Below are positions 56,205 to 64,000 of a stretch of 64,000 bases of DNA, piece by piece (positions within the stretch are counted from its first letter, which is position 1; every line of letters begins with the position of its first letter). A model generated the notes under the pieces. That model was not told the DNA's origin. It did not search any database and saw only the letters and a list, made by a program, of their open reading frames with translations. The DNA lies in NCBI GenBank assembly GCA_964637955.1, contig CAZWXQ010000003.1:95154-159153 (forward strand), written 5' to 3'. The stretch is from an uncultured Gammaproteobacteria bacterium. Its GTDB lineage: Bacteria; Patescibacteriota; Microgenomatia; Levybacterales; UBA12049. The position numbers and the translations under genes were made by a program.

Positions 56205-56226
56205 ACTAATCAAATTTTCCTATATT
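56199..56226 (+). promoter_or_regulatory. Promoter TTGACA-16-TATATT, 9 nt before ATG 56236
   Basis: The -35 box is supplied by the 3' arm of the terminal hairpin. Confidence 0.55.
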
Positions 56227-56235
56227 CTTGTATCA

Positions 56236-56742
56236 ATGGAATCACTTAAAAATAAAAAAATACTCTCAATAATTGCAGTAATTGCGGTAGTTCTTCTTCT
56301 TGTGGGCGGAGGGTTCTTCTTTTTTAAAAACCAGTCATCAAGCGCTTCTGATGAAAGTGAAAATGAACTAATGGATGCTTCTGATCTTCCTGAGTTGTCT
56401 CCTGAGGAAATTGGGATGATAGTGACTCTTCGAAAAGATAATAAAGCTCTGATGTTCGAGCTTACTAAAGCAAGTAAGATTGAAAAAGTAGAATATACCA
56501 TTGAATATGAGGCTACTACTGACGAAGGTACTGCGAATCAAGGTATTTTTGGAGAAATGAATATTGGAAAAGACGGTATTACTAAAACGGACTTTAGAGA
56601 ATTTGGGACATGTTCAGCAGGGAAATGCAGATATGATAATGTGTCCTCAGACGTAACTATAAATCTAAAAGTCACAATGAAAGATGGTAAAGAGTATCAA
56701 GTTAAAAAAGTCGTAAAACTTTCAGAACCTTCTGATGAATGA
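56236..56742 (+). CDS. Single-pass membrane/exported protein of unknown function
   Basis: Basic N-terminus, one TM, Ser/acidic linker, beta-rich domain with GTCSAGKC. Confidence 0.8.
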   Translation: MESLKNKKILSIIAVIAVVLLLVGGGFFFFKNQSSSASDESENELMDASDLPELSPEEIGMIVTLRKDNKALMFELTKASKIEKVEYTIEYEATTDEGTANQGIFGEMNIGKDGITKTDFREFGTCSAGKCRYDNVSSDVTINLKVTMKDGKEYQVKKVVKLSEPSDE

Positions 56743-58202
56743 AAAGTTCTAGCTTAGTTAAGAACTTAAAATCTACTATAAAGAAAAAACCCGATTACTT
56801 GATTGCTTTTTTTGTCTGTTCAGTATTTTTGTTAGCATATCTAACTCTCTCATTAATTAAACATACACATTTTGGAACTGGATATGATCTTGCAATAGCC
56901 AATCAAGTGGTATGGGAATATAGCAAATTTTTATCTCCAATTTCTTCAGTACATGCATTTGCTTTTTCTTCAGTTCTTGTAGATCACATTGAATTCATTT
57001 ACATTTTTCTTTCGCCTCTTTATTGGTTATTTCCTGATGCAAAAACTTTGATAATCTTGCAATCTATCTTAATTGGTGTGTCAGGAATACCAATTTATTT
57101 GCTGGCCAGAAAATACAAAATTAATATTTACTTAAGTTTAAGTATTTTGATTTCTTATTTCATGTTTTATGGGGTTCAGAATGCTTTGTGGTCAGATGTT
57201 CATAGCTTGGTTTTCGGAGCAGTTTTTTTAAGTTTCTTTATTTTCTTTCTAGATACTGATAGGAAATTGCCAACGATATTATTTTTTTTCTTGGCAATCA
57301 CTTCAAAAGAAGACATAGCACTATTAACATTTTTAATTTCATTGGTTTACTTTATACGTACCAGAAATAGATTGCCAATTTATTTAATGCTTGGTTCCAT
57401 TATCTATTCTTTTTTAATTTTCTTTGTTTATTTCCCGCATATGGGTGGATATAGGTTTGCTAATGAAAATGGACTCCTTTCAAACATAAATTTACTAAAT
57501 TTTTTTAATACAAGAGAAAAAATCAATGTTTTCTTTTACTCTTTCTTGTCTTTTGGATTTTTACCTGTTCTAAATCCTCTTGCTTTGATTCCATTTCTGG
57601 GAGATTTAGCGCATTATTTTATTCTGGGAAATGATACTGTCACATCTGCGCAGTCAATTTTTATGCATTATAGAGTTACAGACGCGCTTTTATTGACGTG
57701 GCCTTTAATATTAGTGATTGGAAAATATAATAGATTAAACAATAAGTACCTATCTGTCTATTTACTGGGTTTTGCATTTCTGACTACATATCTGCTTCAT
57801 GCTCCTTTAACTTATCTATCTAAGTCTTGGTTTTGGACTAGACCATCTGGAGTAAATAATATAAATCAAGCAATTAGTTTTATTCCAAGTGACGCATACG
57901 TAGCTACGCAAACAAATATTTCCCCTCACATCTCAAATAGACGAATGATAGTTACTATGTGGGGAGAGAGAAAAGATTTCAATTTGGTTGATTCACCTTG
58001 CGGAAAAGTAAATTGCGCATGGTTTAAATGGGCAGGAAAGCCAGAGTATATTATCGTAGACACTTCTCCGGAATGGGATGCACGTCATTTGCTTGCAAAT
58101 AGACCAGATTTCATTGAAGGTTTGGAAAATATGGAAAAAGCAGGGAAAATCAAACTAATTAAAGAATTTAATACCTCAAAAATTTATAAGATCATCTATT
58201 AG
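56739..58202 (+). CDS. DUF2079-family membrane protein (predicted GT-C)
   Basis: YDL.I..Q..W, DH...I, PLY...P, D.H, KED, HY, PH.S.R. Confidence 0.82.
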   Translation: MKSSSLVKNLKSTIKKKPDYLIAFFVCSVFLLAYLTLSLIKHTHFGTGYDLAIANQVVWEYSKFLSPISSVHAFAFSSVLVDHIEFIYIFLSPLYWLFPDAKTLIILQSILIGVSGIPIYLLARKYKINIYLSLSILISYFMFYGVQNALWSDVHSLVFGAVFLSFFIFFLDTDRKLPTILFFFLAITSKEDIALLTFLISLVYFIRTRNRLPIYLMLGSIIYSFLIFFVYFPHMGGYRFANENGLLSNINLLNFFNTREKINVFFYSFLSFGFLPVLNPLALIPFLGDLAHYFILGNDTVTSAQSIFMHYRVTDALLLTWPLILVIGKYNRLNNKYLSVYLLGFAFLTTYLLHAPLTYLSKSWFWTRPSGVNNINQAISFIPSDAYVATQTNISPHISNRRMIVTMWGERKDFNLVDSPCGKVNCAWFKWAGKPEYIIVDTSPEWDARHLLANRPDFIEGLENMEKAGKIKLIKEFNTSKIYKIIY

Positions 58203-58281
58203 TAATTTGTAGCAAATTAATATAAGCCTATTAGATATAGTGTTTGATTTTTATTGCAACGCTATTTTGCCTTATTACCTA

Positions 58282-58310
58282 TTGACACTTTTCACAAAAA
58301 ATTTCACAAT
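58282..58310 (+). promoter_or_regulatory. dcw promoter TTGACA-17-CACAAT
   Basis: Direct reading; upstream of the MraZ boxes. Confidence 0.65.
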
Positions 58311-58324
58311 GTAAATATTGATTC

Positions 58325-58345
58325 AAAGTGGGAAAAAGTGGGAAA
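58325..58345 (+). promoter_or_regulatory. MraZ-binding direct repeats (GTGGG at 10-nt period)
   Basis: aaaGTGGGaaaaaGTGGGaaa; GTGGG at 58328 and 58338, matching the known MraZ box upstream of mraZ. Confidence 0.85.
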
Positions 58346-58396
58346 TAAATCTTTGAATCACCACAGGCAGTCCCGTCTGTTGACGGGATAGGAAAT

Positions 58397-58852
58397 ATGT
58401 TACTCGGGCAGGTTAACAATAAGCTGGATGATAAGAACAGGCTTTCTTTTCCTTCGAAATTTCGAAAGGAATTGGGAAATAATTTAATTATTACTCAAAA
58501 TATGGAAGGTTCGCTTTTGGTAGTCTCCGAGAGTCGCTATAAGACGCTTTTAGAGGGTACCGAAAACAAGCCATTCATTTTAAAAGAAGTTCGTGAAGTT
58601 CAAAGATTTTTGTTTGGCTCTGCAGTTGAAATTGAGCTAGATGAAAAAGGAAGATTTATTCTTCCAGAACATTTAAAAGTTTATAGTGGAATTGAATCTG
58701 AAGCAGTTTTTGTTGGCGTTTATAACAGAGTTGAGATTTGGGACAAGCAGCGTTGGGAAGAGTATAATAAGAGCCATTTGAATAAGCATATTTCAGAAAT
58801 ATCACAGAAACTGTCCAGAGATGCAGGAGGCGTCTTGGAAGATAAGAGATGA
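58397..58852 (+). CDS. mraZ: Division/cell-wall cluster repressor MraZ
   Basis: LDDKNRL..P..FR, ELDEKGRF..P, GV..RVEIW. Confidence 0.95.
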   Translation: MLLGQVNNKLDDKNRLSFPSKFRKELGNNLIITQNMEGSLLVVSESRYKTLLEGTENKPFILKEVREVQRFLFGSAVEIELDEKGRFILPEHLKVYSGIESEAVFVGVYNRVEIWDKQRWEEYNKSHLNKHISEISQKLSRDAGGVLEDKR

Positions 58853-59739
58853 ATTATCACATAAGCGTACTTTTACATGAAGCGATTGACAGTTTAAAAG
58901 TCAAAAGCGGACAAAAATACATAGATGCAACTCTTGGAGGAGGTGGTCATACTAAAGAAATTTTAAGTCTTGGAGGAGTTGTTCTTGGAATCGATCAAGA
59001 TCAGGATGCCATTGATTACGTAAGCGAAAATTTGAAATTTGAAATTCGAAATTTGAAATTGAATTTAGCACGAGGAAACTTTAGCGATATTGATCAAATA
59101 GCAAATGAGAATGGGTTTGAGAAAGTCTCTGGAATATTATTCGACTTAGGAGTTTCATCGCATCAGATCGATAGCAAAGATCGAGGGTTTTCCTACCTTA
59201 GCTCTGGGCCTTTGGACATGAGAATGGATCAAAGACTAGGAGTTAAGGCAGCAGATTTAGTAAATGCGTTAGGAAAGAAAGAACTATATGATTTATTTAG
59301 AACGCTTGGTGACGAGCGTAATGCTCATGATATTAGTGAGCGTATTGTTAATGAGCGCAAGATAAAGCCGTTTGAAACGACTGATGAACTAGCAAGAGTA
59401 CTCGCCCACTCTTATGGTTTTTCTGAACCTTCAGATTTTGCGAAAGCAACTTCGGGGAAAAAAGTCTTTCAAGCGCTTAGGATTGCGGTGAATGATGAGC
59501 TGGGAAGCTTAGAAGATGCTCTTCCAAAAGCTTTGGAGCTGTTGGAAGAAAATGGAAAACTGGTAATTATTACTTTTCATTCCCTAGAAGACAGGATAGT
59601 CAAAAGAGCATTTCTTGAATTTGAGAGAGAAGGAAAAGGAAAAGTAGTTACCAAAAAACCAATATTACCAAGTAGAGAAGAAACTGACGAAAACTCAAGA
59701 AGTAAAAGTGCAAAGCTGCGGGTTTTCGAACGTTCTTAA
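58849..59739 (+). CDS. rsmH: 16S rRNA m4C1402 methyltransferase
   Basis: H.SVLL.E, DATLGGGGH, DLGVSS.Q, LDMRMD, FQALRIAVN.EL, FHSLEDRIVK, SAKLR. Confidence 0.97.
   Translation: MNYHISVLLHEAIDSLKVKSGQKYIDATLGGGGHTKEILSLGGVVLGIDQDQDAIDYVSENLKFEIRNLKLNLARGNFSDIDQIANENGFEKVSGILFDLGVSSHQIDSKDRGFSYLSSGPLDMRMDQRLGVKAADLVNALGKKELYDLFRTLGDERNAHDISERIVNERKIKPFETTDELARVLAHSYGFSEPSDFAKATSGKKVFQALRIAVNDELGSLEDALPKALELLEENGKLVIITFHSLEDRIVKRAFLEFEREGKGKVVTKKPILPSREETDENSRSKSAKLRVFERS
59028..59062 (+). repeat. Five tandem 7-nt units AAATTNN inside rsmH
   Basis: aaatttg-aaatttg-aaattcg-aaatttg-aaattga, translated NLKFEIRNLKL. Confidence 0.8.
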
Positions 59740-59747
59740 AAAGAATA

Positions 59748-60035
59748 ATGAAAAAACCGTTTTTTGTAATATTTTTACTATTTTTAACAATTGGAGTGCT
59801 TCTTGGAGTTAGAACAGTGGTATCTGCTAGAATTACTACATCTGGTTTAGAGCTTGGAAAAATTCAAGATGAAGCAAATGAAATAAAGACCCAAAATGCT
59901 ATTTTAAAGGAAAAGATTTTTTCATTGTCTTCTTTGACACATGTTTCAGAAATTGCTTCAAAGGATGGGTTTGTGGAAAGCAAGCAAGCCTTTGCAGTCT
60001 CCGGCGCTCGCCCAATTGCTAGAGCAAATGATTAG
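59748..60035 (+). CDS. ftsL: FtsL-like cell division protein
   Basis: TM plus coiled coil, A...GF ending; canonical position between rsmH and ftsI. Confidence 0.7.
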   Translation: MKKPFFVIFLLFLTIGVLLGVRTVVSARITTSGLELGKIQDEANEIKTQNAILKEKIFSLSSLTHVSEIASKDGFVESKQAFAVSGARPIARAND

Positions 60036-61710
60036 ATATAGGACAGTACTTTTTGTAATAACATTATTTTTCGGATTAATTTTGCTTCGTCTTTTTTACT
60101 GGCAAGTAGTAAAAGCTGATGAGTTAGCTAGTCTTGGCCAAACTCAATACGGAAAATCCATAAAAATAGAGCCAATCCGTGGAGAAATAAAAACGTCTGA
60201 TGGATTTCCAATTGTCGCAAATAAGATCTCATATCTCCTTTATGCAAATCCAAAAGAAGTAGAAAATAAGAACGTTTTGGCTTCATTTCTCGCACAAAAG
60301 CTTAAAGTAGATGAAGCTTCAGTTAGCGCACAACTTTCTCAAGATCTTTTTTGGGTTCCTTTAGGGAGGCATCTTGAATCTAGCGTAAAAGATGAGATAG
60401 AAAAGAGTGAATTTAAAGGACTTGGATTTGAGCAGGAGTTTGAAAGGTATTATCCAGAAGCATCTATGGCTGCAAATCTACTTGGATTTGTGGGAAGAGA
60501 TGAAAGTGGGAATACTAAGGGTTATTTTGGGATAGAAGGGTATTATGATCGACTTCTTCGTGGGAAAAGCAGTAGTGCGGTCCAAATTAATGATGCATTG
60601 GGGCGTCCCATACTAGCTAGGGTTGATAATAAAGATTCATTTGGTACAGACGGTAGCAGCCTTGTCCTTAATGTTAATCGTTCAATCCAGTTTCTGGCAG
60701 AAAAAGAGCTGAAAGAAGGAATTGAGCGCTACGGTGCAGTTGGAGGAATGGTGGGAATTATGGATCCAAAAACAGGAGCAGTTCTCGCAATGGTAAATTA
60801 TCCAACTTTTGATCCAAGGCAGTATCAAGAATATACAGATGATTTATATAAAAATAAGTTTATATCTAATCTGTACGAGCCTGGATCTACATTTAAGCCG
60901 CTCGTAATGTCAAGTGCATTTAATGAAAAGTTATTTACTCCCAAAAGTAAATGTCCAATATGTGGGGGTCCCGTTTCAGTGGGTGGTTATGATCTTCACA
61001 CTTGGGATGATAAATATTTTGCAGATACCACTATGCTTGAGGTTATTCAGCATTCTGATAATACGGGAATGGTATATACGGCTCAGAAATTGGGACTCTC
61101 AAGAATGCTTAAATATATAAATGCTTTTGGTATTGGAAAGATCACGGGTATTGATTTGGAGGGGGAAGTCGCACCAGAAATAAAACCTCAAAATGATTGG
61201 CATGAAGTAGATTTAGCAACAACAGGATTTGGTCAAGGAATATCAGTAACTCCAATTGAATTAATGAGCGCATTTTCATCAATCGCAAATAAGGGAGTCA
61301 TGATGGAGCCTCGCATAGTTTCTTCAGTAGTCGATGTTAATGGAAAAGAAACCAAAATTGAGCCCAAAGAAATTGGTCGTCCTATCTCTCAGGAAACTGC
61401 AGCAGTTATGACTGAAGTTTTGGTTAACGCAGTAAGCAAAGGAGAGGCAAAATGGGCGAAAATTCCGGGTTACAGAGTGGCTGGAAAAACTGGCACAGCC
61501 TCTATTCCTATTGAAGGCAAATATGATCCTACAAAAACAATAGCTTCATTTATAGGGTTTGCACCTGCAAATAATCCAAAATTCATAATGTTAGTGATTT
61601 TAGACCGTCCAACTGCTAGAATATATGGCGCAGAAACTGCAGCGCCTGTATTCTTTGCAATTGCTAAGAATTTGTTTACTTATTATGGCTTAGCGCCTGA
61701 TGAAAAGTAG
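60028..61710 (+). CDS. ftsI: Class B penicillin-binding protein (FtsI/PBP2-like)
   Basis: Start moved to ATG 60028; RGEI, R.YP, G.E..Y, EPGSTFK, SDN, GFGQG, KTGT. Confidence 0.88.
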   Translation: MIRYRTVLFVITLFFGLILLRLFYWQVVKADELASLGQTQYGKSIKIEPIRGEIKTSDGFPIVANKISYLLYANPKEVENKNVLASFLAQKLKVDEASVSAQLSQDLFWVPLGRHLESSVKDEIEKSEFKGLGFEQEFERYYPEASMAANLLGFVGRDESGNTKGYFGIEGYYDRLLRGKSSSAVQINDALGRPILARVDNKDSFGTDGSSLVLNVNRSIQFLAEKELKEGIERYGAVGGMVGIMDPKTGAVLAMVNYPTFDPRQYQEYTDDLYKNKFISNLYEPGSTFKPLVMSSAFNEKLFTPKSKCPICGGPVSVGGYDLHTWDDKYFADTTMLEVIQHSDNTGMVYTAQKLGLSRMLKYINAFGIGKITGIDLEGEVAPEIKPQNDWHEVDLATTGFGQGISVTPIELMSAFSSIANKGVMMEPRIVSSVVDVNGKETKIEPKEIGRPISQETAAVMTEVLVNAVSKGEAKWAKIPGYRVAGKTGTASIPIEGKYDPTKTIASFIGFAPANNPKFIMLVILDRPTARIYGAETAAPVFFAIAKNLFTYYGLAPDEK

Positions 61711-61712
61711 TT

Positions 61713-63041
61713 ATGAAAAAATATTTTATTAATGTATTTCTTTGGTATTTGAGATCTCTTGCTAAGATCCAACTCAATAAAATTAATCCAGTTATAGTTG
61801 GAATTGGGGGAGCAAGCGGAAAAAGTTCATTAACGCAAATTACTTCAGATTTATTAAGTCAAAAATACACAGTGAAGCAAGGAAAAGGGAAAAATAGCGA
61901 AACCGGAATTCCTTTAAACATCCTAGACATAGATATTGAAAATTATGATTTAAAAAGTTGGATAAAAATTGCTTTCTTAGCTCCATTAAAGTTAATAACA
62001 AACAATAAAAAATATGACATTTTCGTGATGGAAATGGGGATTGATAGTCCGTATCCTCCCAAAAACATGAGCTATTTGCTTAGTTTTATAAAGCCTAGGA
62101 TTGGGGTTCTTACGAACATAACTATTGAGCATTCTGGAAGTTTTGAAGAATTTTCAAAGAGTGAGGATTCTGATTCGAGAAAAAATGAAATCCTTGAAAA
62201 AATAGCATCTGAAGAAAAACTACTTATTACTTCTATTGATTCCTCAGGACGCGCGATCATTAACTTAGATGATCCCTATATTAAAAGTACAATGCCAACA
62301 GTAGCAAAAGCTTTAACTGTATCTATGTCCGATAGGAGTGCAGATTTTTATATTGAAAAAACTGTAACTACTGAAAGTTCATTTAATATTAAATTTACTT
62401 TTCTTAAAGAAAATTATCAAATCACTATTAGCCAGCCTCTTCCAAAATATTATTCCCATGTGTTTATTTATGCCATAGCTATAGCATTTTCAAATGAAAT
62501 CAATATAAGTGATTCTATTAATTTTATTCAGAATAATTTTAAACTTCCTCCTGGTAGATTTAGCGTATTGAAAGGTATAAAAAGTTCAACAATTTTTGAT
62601 TCATCATATAATTCATCTCTGGAGGCAGCAGTTGGAGCTATTGATGTGCTGAAGGAAATTGGAAAAGACAAAAGAAAAGTTGGAGTTTTAGGAGACATGA
62701 GAGAGCTTGGAAGTTTAAGTCAGATACAGCATGAATTATTAGCAAAAGAGATTGTAAGAAAGTTGGATTTTACAATTTTAATTGGTCCTCAAATGAAAGA
62801 ATATGTAATTCCAATTCTTGAAAAAAATAACTTTCCATTTAAATCATTTGAAAATTTTAAAGAAGCAAAAGAATTTATTCCTGAGTTTGTTAAAAGAAAT
62901 GATTTGATTTTGGTAAAAGGTTCTCAGAATACTTTATTTTTGGAAAGAGCTGTTGAATTATTACTATTTGATAAAAAAGATAAGGAATTTTTATGTCGAC
63001 GAGGTAAGTATTGGGATACCCAGAGGCAAAGAGCAAATTAG
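61713..63041 (+). CDS. murF: UDP-MurNAc-tripeptide--D-Ala-D-Ala ligase (N-terminal domain absent)
   Basis: G..GKSS, NSETGIPL, EMG, PPGR, DSSYNSS, LGDMRELG, LVKGSQ. Confidence 0.88.
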   Translation: MKKYFINVFLWYLRSLAKIQLNKINPVIVGIGGASGKSSLTQITSDLLSQKYTVKQGKGKNSETGIPLNILDIDIENYDLKSWIKIAFLAPLKLITNNKKYDIFVMEMGIDSPYPPKNMSYLLSFIKPRIGVLTNITIEHSGSFEEFSKSEDSDSRKNEILEKIASEEKLLITSIDSSGRAIINLDDPYIKSTMPTVAKALTVSMSDRSADFYIEKTVTTESSFNIKFTFLKENYQITISQPLPKYYSHVFIYAIAIAFSNEINISDSINFIQNNFKLPPGRFSVLKGIKSSTIFDSSYNSSLEAAVGAIDVLKEIGKDKRKVGVLGDMRELGSLSQIQHELLAKEIVRKLDFTILIGPQMKEYVIPILEKNNFPFKSFENFKEAKEFIPEFVKRNDLILVKGSQNTLFLERAVELLLFDKKDKEFLCRRGKYWDTQRQRAN

Positions 63042-63045
63042 GTAG

Positions 63046-63051
63046 TATAAT
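63046..63051 (+). promoter_or_regulatory. -10 box TATAAT 6 nt before murE ATG 63058
   Basis: gtagTATAATaattaaATG. Confidence 0.6.
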
Positions 63052-63057
63052 AATTAA

Positions 63058-64000
63058 ATGATTAGAAAAGCCAAAAACTTTTATCATAAAATAAACGCTT
63101 CAATCTCAAATCTAATATACTTTTTCCCTGGGAAGAAACTAAAAGTAATTGGAGTTACAGGTACAGACGGTAAAACTACAACAGTTAATCTTATATACCA
63201 TATTTTAAAGGAAAACAATAAATCAGTATCTATGCTGACTAGTATTGGTGCTGTGGTAGGATCTGTAAAGTATGATACTGGCTTTCACGTCACAACTCCT
63301 AGTTCATACATGCTCCAGAAGCTTCTTCGTAAAGCTGTAAAAGAAAAATCTGAATACTTCGTGCTTGAAGTAACCTCGCATGCTCTAGATCAATATAGAG
63401 TTCTGGGGATACCGTTTTCTATTGGAATTATAACCAATGTTACAAGTGAACATTTGGATTATCATAAAACATTTGATAATTATTTAAGGACGAAGGAAAA
63501 GCTCTTAAAGATGTCAGAAGTAGCAGTGGTAAATAAGGATGATGCTTCCTATACATTGTTCTCTGTATCAAAGAATCAAAAAAGTAATTCTAACTGGATC
63601 ACTTATGGTTTTTCTGATTCTTCTGATGTGAATTTAAATAATTTTTATTTTGAGTCAAAAAACTTATTGGGAGATTTTAATAAGTATAATGTTCTTGCAG
63701 CTGTTGCATGTTGTAGGAAATTGGGCCTCTTGGATAATGAAATACGATCTGCATTAAAGACATTTAAGATGCCACTTGGTAGAGTTGACTTTGTTTATCA
63801 AAATGATTATTCCGTTATAATAGATTTTGCGCATACTCCAAATGCTTTTGAACAACTTTTATCATCACTTCGAAAAACCACTAATGGTCGAATAATTCAT
63901 GTGTTCGGATCTGCAGGAGAACGCGATCATGCTAAGAGACCTTTTATGGGAGAAATTTCTTCTAAGTACGCGGACATTTTATTCTTAACAGCTGAAGATC
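63058..64000 (+). CDS. murE: UDP-MurNAc-dipeptide ligase MurE, partial (runs off the window; absent from the ORF track)
   Basis: Manual translation: MIRKAKNFYH...IGVTGTDGKTTT, HVTTP, EVTSHALDQ.R, EHLDYH, DFAHTPNA, VFGSAGERD..KRP.MG. Confidence 0.92.
   Translation, partial: MIRKAKNFYHKINASISNLIYFFPGKKLKVIGVTGTDGKTTTVNLIYHILKENNKSVSMLTSIGAVVGSVKYDTGFHVTTPSSYMLQKLLRKAVKEKSEYFVLEVTSHALDQYRVLGIPFSIGIITNVTSEHLDYHKTFDNYLRTKEKLLKMSEVAVVNKDDASYTLFSVSKNQKSNSNWITYGFSDSSDVNLNNFYFESKNLLGDFNKYNVLAAVACCRKLGLLDNEIRSALKTFKMPLGRVDFVYQNDYSVIIDFAHTPNAFEQLLSSLRKTTNGRIIHVFGSAGERDHAKRPFMGEISSKYADILFLTAED

Noticed and set aside
58371-58388. Hairpin before mraZ as an intrinsic terminator
   Set aside because: No following U-tract, and it lies between the promoter and the start codon.
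360-63087. All short minus-strand and nested plus-strand ORFs in the track (e.g. 929-1189, 5735-6145, 37375-37755, 53931-54245, 62890-63087)
   Set aside because: They lie within or largely overlap well-supported genes, have no recognisable motifs, and look like antisense or alternate-frame shadows.
1-64000. CRISPR array, cas genes, rRNA, integrase, transposase, reverse transcriptase
   Set aside because: No regularly spaced repeat-spacer pattern and no such protein motifs were seen; intergenic gaps are too short for rRNA.
1-64000. Alternative genetic code (TGA=Gly, code 25)
   Set aside because: TGA ends many complete genes in ATGA overlaps, and ORFs are full length under code 11.

Overview
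An AT-rich bacterial chromosomal window. Every credible gene (about 60) is on the + strand, and genes are tightly packed with ATGA/TAATG-type overlaps. TGA is used as a stop, so the code is 11. Gene content points to a Patescibacteria (CPR) genome, probably Microgenomates (inference): alpha2-type glycyl-tRNA synthetase, short RecO, Mur ligases lacking the N-terminal domain, DUF4012 and many GT-C proteins. Bases 1-48.9 kb are one very large surface-glycosylation locus. It holds about 9 polytopic GT-C-like membrane proteins (one fused to an O-antigen-ligase-like domain), 8 GT2s (two polyprenol-phosphate-sugar-synthase-like), 8 GT4s (one only half-length), nucleotide-sugar enzymes (GalE, ColD-like, RfbF, 2x RmlC-like, RmlD, 4 further SDRs, ManC), decorating enzymes (3 acetyltransferases, FkbM methyltransferase, carbamoyltransferase) and a priming phosphoglycosyl transferase. 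No Wzx, Wzy or Wzm-Wzt is recognisable. Next come DUF4012, recO, glyQS and an IMPDH/GMPR gene, interleaved with GC-richer orphan genes, then DUF2079 and the dcw cluster (mraZ-rsmH-ftsL-ftsI-murF-murE, the last partial). Signals not explained by the gene list: (i) an exact 31-bp direct repeat in two GT4 genes bracketing a 28.5-kb AT-rich block; (ii) many sigma70-like promoters whose -10 box lies only 6-10 nt before an ATG, with no Shine-Dalgarno sequence, and whose -35 box abuts the upstream stop; (iii) orphan genes bounded by short TTGAC-containing direct repeats; (iv) a GC-rich multi-hairpin element after the IMPDH/GMPR gene; (v) in-frame 7-nt tandem repeats inside genes. All calls come from reading motifs by eye. 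No database search was run.
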